Positions 1 through 7,200 of a stretch of 64,000 bases of DNA are shown in pieces. A program made the position numbers and the translations under genes. The notes below the pieces were generated by a model, which did not search any database, had not been told where the DNA came from, and worked only from the letters and a program-made list of their open reading frames with translations. The stretch is from Candidatus Saccharimonadales bacterium (GTDB lineage Bacteria; Patescibacteriota; Saccharimonadia; Saccharimonadales; SZUA-47): assembly GCA_041737385.1 (NCBI GenBank), contig JBGSRU010000002.1, positions 205,437-269,436 on the forward strand, in the 5' to 3' direction. How positions within the stretch are numbered: position 1 is the stretch's first letter; every line of letters begins with the position of its first letter.

Positions 1-2
1 GT

Positions 3-164
3 CACTTACGCATAGAACGAACAGTTCTTCGTCGTGGTGATAACGCGCAGATGGCTAAGTTATCATTTGTTGATGACTTGCAGACGGCTCCTGTTGCAAC
101 AGCAGTAAAAGAGACTAAGCCAGCAGTAGCTAAAAAACCAGCTGTCAAGAAGGAGGCTAAATAA
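3..164 (+). CDS. rplQ: 50S ribosomal protein L17, C-terminal fragment (gene starts upstream of window)
   Basis: Frame 3 is open from the window edge to TAA 162-164 and reads HLRIERTVLRRGDNAQMAKLSFVDD..., resembling the conserved L17 C-terminus. The stop overlaps the rplM ATG. Confidence 0.7.
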   Translation, partial: HLRIERTVLRRGDNAQMAKLSFVDDLQTAPVATAVKETKPAVAKKPAVKKEAK

Positions 165-631
165 TGAAAACTTCTATTGTCTCAAACCGCAAAACTTATA
201 GTGCAAAACCTTCAGATGTTACACGCACATGGTACGTTATCGATGCGTCACAACTTCCGTTAGGTAGACTAAGCACCGAAGCAGCACAGATGCTTACTGG
301 TAAAAAGAAACCGATGTTCACAACCAATATTGATTGTGGTGATTATGTTGTCGTGATTAATGCCGACAAGCTTATTGTTACTGGTCAAAAAGTAACTGAC
401 AAGAAGTACTATCACCACACTGGATTCCCAGGTGGTATCAAAGAGCGTTCTCTTGGTGAACAGCAACAAATCGACGCTACTAAAGTAATTGAAAAAGCAG
501 TTCGAGGCATGTTGCCTGTCAATAAATTACGCAAGGAACGACTAAAACGGCTAAAAGTCTATGCAGGCGCTGAACATCAACATGATGCACAGAAGCCAGT
601 TGTTCTTGATCTTAAGAAAGGAGCTAAATAA
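164..631 (+). CDS. rplM: 50S ribosomal protein L13
   Basis: 155 aa. TWYVIDA...LGRL...GKKKP.FT...DCGD.VVVINA is typical of L13, and the gene has the rplM-rpsI pairing. Confidence 0.95.
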   Translation: MKTSIVSNRKTYSAKPSDVTRTWYVIDASQLPLGRLSTEAAQMLTGKKKPMFTTNIDCGDYVVVINADKLIVTGQKVTDKKYYHHTGFPGGIKERSLGEQQQIDATKVIEKAVRGMLPVNKLRKERLKRLKVYAGAEHQHDAQKPVVLDLKKGAK

Positions 632-1026
632 TGGCTGCTGAACATTACACATATGCTATTGGACGTCGTAAAAGCTCAACAGCTAAAATTCGACTGACAA
701 ATGGTAAGGGAGTGATCACGGTGAATGGAAAGCCTGCAACCGACTATTTTGCGGGAAGTCCTATGTTTATGCACGATCTAGATACTCCATTCCGCGTTAT
801 CGAAGACAACAAGTACGATGTATCTGTTGTAGTCGACGGCGGTGGACACGCTGGACAGGTTGATGCAATTAAGCTTGGCATAGCTAAAGCACTTGCTGAA
901 AAGAACGAGTCACTCAAAGGTACACTTAAAAAAGCAGAACTTCTCGGCCGCGATCCTAGAGAGCGCGAGCGTAAGAAGTTTGGTCTTAAAGGTGCTCGAA
1001 AACAACGACAGTTTACGAAACGTTAA
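631..1026 (+). CDS. rpsI: 30S ribosomal protein S9
   Basis: 131 aa ending ...RERKKFGLKGARKQRQFTKR, the typical S9 C-terminus. The ATG overlaps the rplM stop. Confidence 0.95.
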   Translation: MAAEHYTYAIGRRKSSTAKIRLTNGKGVITVNGKPATDYFAGSPMFMHDLDTPFRVIEDNKYDVSVVVDGGGHAGQVDAIKLGIAKALAEKNESLKGTLKKAELLGRDPRERERKKFGLKGARKQRQFTKR

Positions 1027-1043
1027 ACTTTGCGTTTACTAAA

Positions 1044-1072
1044 AGCCCTGAGGAAATACAGGGCTTTTTTTA
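1044..1072 (+). terminator. Intrinsic terminator after rpsI
   Basis: AGCCCTG (1044-1050) pairs with CAGGGCT (1059-1065), followed by a T-run. Confidence 0.7.
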
Positions 1073-1096
1073 TTTCAGTTCACATGAGATATTAGG

Positions 1097-1672
1097 ATGA
1101 TGAAAGAAATAGCAGGTATTACAGCAATCGTACTATCGCTTGTCGGCTATGTACCGTATATTCGAGACGTTATTAAGGGAAAAACAAAACCACATGTATT
1201 TACGTGGATTGTTTGGACGATAATCACATTCGTAATAGGTTTTGCACAAATTGCTGCAGGTGCTGGTTGGTCTTCGGTACATAATATTGTAACTGGATTT
1301 GTCAGTCTATTTATTTTATATTTTGGCTTTAAATATTCCAGATCTACGATAAGTCTTTCTGATATATTCTTTTTTATTGCTGCTATATTCTCGATACCTA
1401 TTTGGATACTAACGAAAAGCCCTGTAGGTTCAATTATTTTACTATCGATTATAGATTTTCTAGCATTTGTTCCTACTTTCAGAAAAACTTGGAAAGATCC
1501 TACAAGTGAAACACTGAGCAGTTATATAATAGCTGGGTCAAAGTATATAATTTCGTTATTTGCAATTGCCGTCTACTCCTTTTCTACTATCTTGTATCCT
1601 ATAGTACTGATTGTATTAAACGTCATTATGGTGTTAGTCATCTCGAAGAAATACACAAATAAAGTTGCATAA
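1097..1672 (+). CDS. Polytopic membrane protein, unknown family (paralog of 30399-30977)
   Basis: 191 aa with about 6 hydrophobic segments. The N-terminal motif Y.R.V.KGKTKPHVFTW.VW is shared with the second copy (Y.HRVYRHGVKPHMYSW.IW). Confidence 0.7.
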   Translation: MMKEIAGITAIVLSLVGYVPYIRDVIKGKTKPHVFTWIVWTIITFVIGFAQIAAGAGWSSVHNIVTGFVSLFILYFGFKYSRSTISLSDIFFFIAAIFSIPIWILTKSPVGSIILLSIIDFLAFVPTFRKTWKDPTSETLSSYIIAGSKYIISLFAIAVYSFSTILYPIVLIVLNVIMVLVISKKYTNKVA

Positions 1673-1820
1673 AACTAAAAATACTGTATTATATTTCTTA
1701 TGAAACAAATTCAGAACTATTTTGACTTTTTCTGGTATACCACTCTAACCGAGGCGGCTAGTTTCTAATTTCATAAAATATAGATCAAATAGTAAACCGC
1801 CTCGAGCAGGCGGTTTTTTT
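1665..1820 (+). promoter_or_regulatory. Short-ORF leader 1: promoter, 22-codon ORF, antiterminator/terminator pair upstream of the LysE gene
   Basis: Promoter TTGCAT (1665-1670)-16 nt-TATTAT (1687-1692)-7 nt-ATG 1700. ORF 1700-1768 encodes MKQIQNYFDFFWYTTLTEAASF. Hairpin CCGCCT 1797-1802 / AGGCGG 1808-1813 is followed by T7. CGAGGCGG 1750-1757 is the exact complement of CCGCCTCG 1797-1804. Confidence 0.5.
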
Positions 1821-1849
1821 AATTATAAAGGAAATTTAAGGAGAAAATA

Positions 1850-2467
1850 ATGCAAGAATTACTATTAATAGCAGGGATACATCTCCTTGGCGTATCCAGT
1901 CCAGGACCCGATTTAGCGTTGGTGTTAAAAAACTCACTTTCAAATGGAAGAACAATCGGAATATTCACAGCACTTGGTATAGCATTGGGAATCAGCGTAC
2001 ATATAATATACTCTATGCTAGGCCTTGCGGTGGTAATATCTAAATCCATTGTGTTGTTTAACATTATTAAACTACTAGGAGCAGCATATCTGATATGGAT
2101 TGGTTTCAAAGCTCTACGTTCTATTAAACAAAACTCAGAAACACATAAAAATACAGGGTTAGGAAGTCTTACTAATATAGAGGCTTTCAAGCAGGGATTT
2201 GTAACTAACATACTAAACCCAAAAGTAACGTTGTTCTTCCTGAGTTTGTTCACGCAAGTAATAAGTCCTGATACGAGCTCTATACTAAAGCTTGTATACG
2301 GAATTGAAATGATGGTAGCTACATTCATATGGTTTTCTCTTGTTGCGACATTCATGACACAGAAACCAGTACAGAATGCTTACAATAGAGTAAAACATCA
2401 CGTGGATAGAATATTCGGTGCAGCGTTAATCACACTAGGAATTAAAGTAGCAACAGGGTCAAGATAG
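1850..2467 (+). CDS. LysE/RhtB-family amino-acid exporter
   Basis: 205 aa. N-terminal GPD motif region (SPGPDLALVL) and FKQGF.TN.LNPKV.LFFLSLF are typical of LysE/RhtB translocators. AAGGAG RBS. Confidence 0.85.
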   Translation: MQELLLIAGIHLLGVSSPGPDLALVLKNSLSNGRTIGIFTALGIALGISVHIIYSMLGLAVVISKSIVLFNIIKLLGAAYLIWIGFKALRSIKQNSETHKNTGLGSLTNIEAFKQGFVTNILNPKVTLFFLSLFTQVISPDTSSILKLVYGIEMMVATFIWFSLVATFMTQKPVQNAYNRVKHHVDRIFGAALITLGIKVATGSR

Positions 2468-2469
2468 AT

Positions 2470-2784
2470 ATGAGCGATAAACTAATACGACTCAAGGATC
2501 TAGTTGAGCCTATACTTAAAACAGATAGGGTATTAGATCCACAAATCGCAGGATTTATACTTAGCATTGCAGTAAATGCTGCTGATTCTGCTTTGGATCC
2601 AGCTAGGGCATGTGGAGGTATTAGTTTAGCCTGTATAGACTGTACTACCATCAGTAAGGTACTAGCAGAAGATACACCAAGAGTATGTGACGCAATTGAG
2701 TCAGCCGGCACAACTGTATACAGAAAAGTAACAAGAGAAGCAATGCCTCAAACTTTCGGACAAGAAAATAGAGCAAGTTATTAA
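2470..2784 (+). CDS. Hypothetical small acidic protein (104 aa)
   Basis: ORF starts 3 nt after the LysE stop. No recognisable domain. Confidence 0.55.
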   Translation: MSDKLIRLKDLVEPILKTDRVLDPQIAGFILSIAVNAADSALDPARACGGISLACIDCTTISKVLAEDTPRVCDAIESAGTTVYRKVTREAMPQTFGQENRASY

Positions 2785-2798
2785 ATAAGGAAGAAATT

Positions 2799-2921
2799 AT
2801 GAACATAGTAAAAAACATTTTTATAGGAAATTGGTATTTCAACAATTATAGTTGGCGGTATTGCTATGTATGAAAAATATACAAACAAATGATACATACC
2901 GCCTACATATGGGCGGTTTTT
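2799..2921 (+). promoter_or_regulatory. Short-ORF leader 2: 24-codon ORF plus antiterminator/terminator
   Basis: AAGGAAG RBS. ORF 2799-2873 encodes MNIVKNIFIGNWYFNNYSWRYCYV. Hairpin CCGCC 2899-2903 / GGCGG 2912-2916 is followed by T5. GGCGGTAT 2854-2861 is the exact complement of ATACCGCC 2896-2903. Confidence 0.5.
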
Positions 2922-2939
2922 AATTTAGAAGGAAGAATT

Positions 2940-3137
2940 ATGAACAAATTTATATCGCCTGAGGCATCTGAGCGGCTTATACGAGCTAACTCTGATGCTT
3001 CAGGCTCACTAGAGAGAACAGAACCAAACGAACCACGATCAATAAAGCTAGAAGTCGACATTGGTTCAGTCGCGTTAATAAAAGATAGGATGTGCTTCAC
3101 GCAACAAGAGTTGCTTGAAATGGGCGCGTTCGCTTAA
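2940..3137 (+). CDS. Hypothetical protein (65 aa)
   Basis: ATG 2940 is preceded by GAAGGAAG. The ORF-track start at 2889 would run through the terminator hairpin, so the internal start is preferred. Confidence 0.5.
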   Translation: MNKFISPEASERLIRANSDASGSLERTEPNEPRSIKLEVDIGSVALIKDRMCFTQQELLEMGAFA

Positions 3138-3154
3138 AAAATAGAATAGGAAAT

Positions 3155-4129
3155 ATGAAAATGAGTATTGAAGTAAATGGACTACGAGTAGATCATCCTC
3201 GTATGACCCCACAAGATTTAATTAATTTGAGCGCAGCAGGTGAATTGATCGAAAGGTCAGACCATGTTGGAAATCAGCATTTAGCTGCGCTCGTGACGAT
3301 GACAGATCCTAGAATAAGAGTTAGGCAACTGCTGGTCGATACAACTACTGGAAACGACCAAGAATACCGACCAAGATCTATTAATGTCCTAGGACAGAGC
3401 ATTAGCGTTGTTCCGAATAAGATGGCTTCACGTAATGTTCGACATTTATCAGCAGTAATTAGTCCAGAAAACGCACACAAGCTTGGGAAGGTGAAAGGTG
3501 TTACCGTCTTAACTGATGGAGCAGATGTAACTTCTCACCACCAGGGCGCACTTCAACAAGTTACAAATGGAAAATCTACTGTAGAGCTACTTACGGGTTC
3601 TATGCAGCGCACACCTAAGGTTGCAGAAAGTATAATGAAAGTACTAGCAGCAAAAAACCTATTGAAGAGGTCTGTAGGATCGGACGGTAGAATCATTCCT
3701 TTTGCTTCTATTGTAAAAAAAGATTTATCAATATTTGGAATGTTAAAGCCGGGTGAACCTTTAAAAAGTCGTGTTGAGGGTGTACTAATTCCGCTAGAAG
3801 GCATGTTAGCACTCGATCTAGCGCAAGCATCTTTAAGTGGGATTGATGTCGTACATCATCAGGCAGGCTGTGATATGCGTGTCTACACAAAAAACGAAGC
3901 ATTAATGTCTGTTGTAGCATCGGTTGCACTTGAAGCACTATCTGAGCATGTTGAAAATCCGCAATTACCTAACTATAGAGTCGTTGATACTACCAATATT
4001 GCAGTCCTCATGTCTGAATCGACAGCAGTGATGCCAGGCTCTCAGTATGACGAACAGTTACTTGTTTCACTCGGTGCAAAACCAACACAATTTCCAGAAA
4101 GCGTACTAGATAAACCGTTGTATACTTAG
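3155..4129 (+). CDS. Hypothetical protein (324 aa)
   Basis: Long ORF with an RBS-like TAGGA upstream. No domain recognised by eye. Confidence 0.7.
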   Translation: MKMSIEVNGLRVDHPRMTPQDLINLSAAGELIERSDHVGNQHLAALVTMTDPRIRVRQLLVDTTTGNDQEYRPRSINVLGQSISVVPNKMASRNVRHLSAVISPENAHKLGKVKGVTVLTDGADVTSHHQGALQQVTNGKSTVELLTGSMQRTPKVAESIMKVLAAKNLLKRSVGSDGRIIPFASIVKKDLSIFGMLKPGEPLKSRVEGVLIPLEGMLALDLAQASLSGIDVVHHQAGCDMRVYTKNEALMSVVASVALEALSEHVENPQLPNYRVVDTTNIAVLMSESTAVMPGSQYDEQLLVSLGAKPTQFPESVLDKPLYT

Positions 4130-4133
4130 TAGT

Positions 4134-4871
4134 ATGTCATTCATAGAAATCACGTCTAAAAGTGCGCTTCAAATGTATAAGCATACGGAGAGGCCTATGC
4201 TTAGCTTAGACACTCTAAGCATAGTAATCCCTATAGAAGAGTGCGGCGAACCTTTAGTACCGTTGAAAGACTCTGGTCTATTGCTTGAGCCATTCTGGGA
4301 GGGTGAAAGAAATATTGAAGGTGATGCATATAAAAAGTATATTGAGTCACATTCTGAATTCGGCTTGCAACTACGTGAATCAGTATTTAAAAGGTTAGTA
4401 AAAGCTCGTTCCAAGTTGCCAAATGATTGGAAAATTGTAGTAAAAGCCGGGTTCAGGCCATTAAGTGTGCAGAAGAGTCTTTTTAAAGACTTTAAGCTAT
4501 ATCTTAAGGATAAACATCCTGACTGGTCACAAGAGCGAATTGTTTCAGAAACACGTTTAATGGTTAGCGACCCGTCACTTTTAACGCCGCCCCATACAGC
4601 TGGTGCTGCGGTAGATATTGAAGTTCGTCATTCATCTGGTTCCCTTGTTGATTTTGGGAGTAGAGCAAACAGTGACGGAGAGGTAGCGCACACTTTTTCT
4701 GCCGCAATCTCTAAAACGCAACAGGAAAATAGGATTACCTTATTAGAAGCTATGATAGATGTTGGGTTCGCTAACCTTGCCCAAGAATGGTGGCATTTTT
4801 CTTACGGGGATCAGTATTGGGCTGTATTCTATGACAAGCCAACTGCACTCTACGACACAGTAGAAGAGTAG
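4134..4871 (+). CDS. D-alanyl-D-alanine dipeptidase, VanX/DdpX-like (M15D)
   Basis: 245 aa. ...SDPS...PPHTAGAAVDIEV... and EWWHFSYGD match the VanX-family metal-binding and catalytic regions. Confidence 0.8.
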   Translation: MSFIEITSKSALQMYKHTERPMLSLDTLSIVIPIEECGEPLVPLKDSGLLLEPFWEGERNIEGDAYKKYIESHSEFGLQLRESVFKRLVKARSKLPNDWKIVVKAGFRPLSVQKSLFKDFKLYLKDKHPDWSQERIVSETRLMVSDPSLLTPPHTAGAAVDIEVRHSSGSLVDFGSRANSDGEVAHTFSAAISKTQQENRITLLEAMIDVGFANLAQEWWHFSYGDQYWAVFYDKPTALYDTVEE

Positions 4872-4876
4872 GGTGC

Positions 4877-4915
4877 TTGACATATAGCATACTAGTATGC
4901 TAGTATATTAGTATG
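4877..4915 (+). promoter_or_regulatory. Promoter with three 8-bp-phased CTAG/TTAG repeats in front of the TrpR-family gene
   Basis: TTGACA 4877-4882, 18-nt spacer, TAGTAT 4901-4906, ATG 4913 only 6 nt later. Half sites ACTAGT 4891-4896, GCTAGT 4899-4904 and ATTAGT 4907-4912. CATACTAGTATG is a perfect 12-nt palindrome. Confidence 0.5.
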
Positions 4916-5161
4916 AGTAATTTTAGTTCAGTCGTAGAAATCATTAATGCTATCAGGGATAAGGAAGTCCTTGAAGATTTTTTAGTGGGTATAACAACGC
5001 CTAAAGAACGATTAGAAATAGGCCAAAGGCTGGAGATAGTTGAACGACTTCTCAAGAAAGAACCTCAGCATAAAATAGCTGAGGTTCTTGGTGTGGGTGT
5101 TGCTACTGTTACACGAGGCTCTAAAGAGCTACAAGCTGGAAAATTTAAGGTTCTTCGGTAA
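4913..5161 (+). CDS. TrpR-family (YerC/YecD-like) helix-turn-helix protein
   Basis: 82 aa. ...TPKERLEIGQRLEIV..L......QHKIAEVLGVGVATVTRGSKEL is typical of the YerC/YecD Trp-repressor-like family. Confidence 0.8.
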   Translation: MSNFSSVVEIINAIRDKEVLEDFLVGITTPKERLEIGQRLEIVERLLKKEPQHKIAEVLGVGVATVTRGSKELQAGKFKVLR

Positions 5162-5166
5162 ATGTT

Positions 5167-5300
5167 ATGAAAACGAGCATGACTATTACTAACTACGGTC
5201 AATTTGGCTCATGGCAAAACGTCACACTGCGTTGGCGGAGCTGCTCTATTTGATTTGAAATATAAATATAGAAATTATATCCGCCAACAGGCGGTTTTTT
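5167..5300 (+). promoter_or_regulatory. Short-ORF leader 3: 28-codon ORF plus antiterminator/terminator
   Basis: ORF 5167-5253 encodes MKTSMTITNYGQFGSWQNVTLRWRSCSI. Hairpin CCGCC 5281-5285 / GGCGG 5290-5294 is followed by T6. GTTGGCGGA 5231-5239 is the exact complement of TCCGCCAAC 5280-5288. Confidence 0.5.
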
Positions 5301-5359
5301 AATGTAAAGAAATATAGATAAAAATAATCATGAGGTGAAAACCTCAAAGGATAAATACT

Positions 5360-6403
5360 ATGAGTGACTTTGAAGTTAGAGAGCAAAATGAAGTAGAAGA
5401 ATTAGTGCAACAGTTAATTGTTGATCTTCCTAGCTTAAATACAGTCGAAGAACTGGAACAACTGGAAGAACAAGGATATAACGTCAGAAGGGGTCTTGGT
5501 AGCCGAATAGATCCTAGCTTGATAAGAACAGAAAGGGATAGAATGAAAATAGTTAACAAGTCCCAGATAACTAAGGCAAAAGAATTTCATTCTACGGTTT
5601 CAGATGATGAAGTTTCTGAAGCATACAATGCCGCTTCGATAATAGGAGCAGAAATAGTGCTAGATTTCACACTAGACGCTCCAGTGGGTATATCGGTATG
5701 CGAGCGTAATCCAAAATTTGAGTTACCACTGTTGGCAAGCTTCGGAACGATTGCTGCTTTTGATGGAGTGCCGGTGCACTTTGTGGTGCCGTGTTGTCCA
5801 GATAATGACCTATATAAGCTTGGTAGTGGTTTGGGTAGAATAGTGCCAAAAGGATTGTCGGCTTCAGAAATGATACATGATCGTATGTCTTTGTTTGGAA
5901 TAAAATCTATGTTTGATATCCAACTAGCCGATGTAGAAGCTAGTGATCCGGTTTTACTGCGTGCAATGAAAGAAACTACTGAGAGTTTCCTGGAAAAGGT
6001 TTCTGGCACCATGGACGCAACGCGCGCTGAGGTAGACCGAATGGGTGCGTCAGAGTATATGGCTGTCTCATCTATGCAAGATGCGTTTAATTTAAGAGGA
6101 ATTAACTATCTGCAAACTCAATCCAGAGCAGCAGACGCTGTAATAAAAACTAGCAACAAAGGAGTCAAAAACACTTATAACGAATTGTTGTGTGAGCGTG
6201 AAAAACTTAGAGATTTTGCGGGTTTTGATGAAAAAGAAAAGCGAGATCTAGTGGCCTCTGAGTTAGCAGGATACGCTGCATATGGTGAAATGGTTGACGG
6301 CAAGTCTATAATTCTTTCGCCTGATGCAGTTAGCGCAGTGCCTGCATACCACTATTTAATTACTGATAAAAAGGGCTATAGCCCCGTAATGTATATGAGA
6401 TAA
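5360..6403 (+). CDS. Hypothetical protein (347 aa)
   Basis: Long ORF with an AAAGGA RBS. No domain recognised. Confidence 0.7.
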   Translation: MSDFEVREQNEVEELVQQLIVDLPSLNTVEELEQLEEQGYNVRRGLGSRIDPSLIRTERDRMKIVNKSQITKAKEFHSTVSDDEVSEAYNAASIIGAEIVLDFTLDAPVGISVCERNPKFELPLLASFGTIAAFDGVPVHFVVPCCPDNDLYKLGSGLGRIVPKGLSASEMIHDRMSLFGIKSMFDIQLADVEASDPVLLRAMKETTESFLEKVSGTMDATRAEVDRMGASEYMAVSSMQDAFNLRGINYLQTQSRAADAVIKTSNKGVKNTYNELLCEREKLRDFAGFDEKEKRDLVASELAGYAAYGEMVDGKSIILSPDAVSAVPAYHYLITDKKGYSPVMYMR

Positions 6404-6407
6404 GCAA

Positions 6408-7181
6408 ATGAAAAAACTACATGAAGTAATAGGTTTAATAGAAAAATTTGCACCACCAAATCTTGCTTTTTTTGATTATGTTGGGCTTCTGCAGGGTTTA
6501 CCAAGCCAAGAAGTAAAGAAAATTGGCATCACTTTAGACTATTCACTGCAAGCAATAGATAAAGCAGTGAGTCAAAACTGTGACTTGCTAATAACTCACC
6601 ACGGACCAGAAAAAAAAGAAAATCGACATTATGGCAATGATTTAAAAAAGTATAAAGCTGCTCAAAAAAACTCGCTTGCAGTTTATAGATGTCATCTTAG
6701 CCTCGATTTTTGTAGCTCTGGGATTATTGAAGAATTATGCAAACTTCTTGGTATTCCTGCGTCTCCTGTCGGGATAACCTATAACAATATAAAGTTAAAT
6801 GGCGCAGTAAGGTTAGCGGAAAATTACCCTATGACGCTTAATGATTTAGTGAAGCGAACTAAGGTTTTAAATTACCCCTACCTAAGGCTTGCCGGACCTA
6901 TAAAAGAGAAATTTAGTAGGATTGCTATAACTTCTGGGCAGGGATTTATATCTGAGTTTTTTGATCAGCTTTTACCTGATATATACATTGCGGGTGAATT
7001 TGAACAAGAAGCAACAAAATATGCTGAAGATTTAGGTATAATGCTTGTCGAGATTTCTCATCATGCTAGTGAGTCAAAGCCACTCGAAAATGTAGCAAAG
7101 ACTCTTGAGAAGTACTTAGGAGTTGAAGTAGTACACGTTGAAGTACCTGATACTATTAGAGTAATACATACGGTTCATTAA
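6408..7181 (+). CDS. NIF3-family dinuclear metal-centre protein
   Basis: 257 aa. LLITHHGP near the N-terminus and EISHHASE near the C-terminus are typical of NIF3/YbgI proteins. Confidence 0.8.
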   Translation: MKKLHEVIGLIEKFAPPNLAFFDYVGLLQGLPSQEVKKIGITLDYSLQAIDKAVSQNCDLLITHHGPEKKENRHYGNDLKKYKAAQKNSLAVYRCHLSLDFCSSGIIEELCKLLGIPASPVGITYNNIKLNGAVRLAENYPMTLNDLVKRTKVLNYPYLRLAGPIKEKFSRIAITSGQGFISEFFDQLLPDIYIAGEFEQEATKYAEDLGIMLVEISHHASESKPLENVAKTLEKYLGVEVVHVEVPDTIRVIHTVH

Positions 7182-7200
7182 CAGATTAAGGAGTGTTACA

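Noticed and set aside
1819-2355. 178-aa minus-strand ORF
   Set aside because: It is antisense to the well-supported LysE-family gene.
2889-2939. ATG 2889 as the start of the 82-aa ORF
   Set aside because: The extension would be translated through the terminator hairpin and T-run. ATG 2940 has a GAAGGAAG RBS.
1700-5300. T-box riboswitches (TGGC in the antiterminator strand of leaders 2 and 3 could pair with the GCCA end of tRNA-Trp)
   Set aside because: The leaders are only about 100-120 nt. They have no Stem I or specifier loop and no T-box consensus, and leaders 1 and 4 lack the TGGN element. The short-ORF model fits all four copies better.
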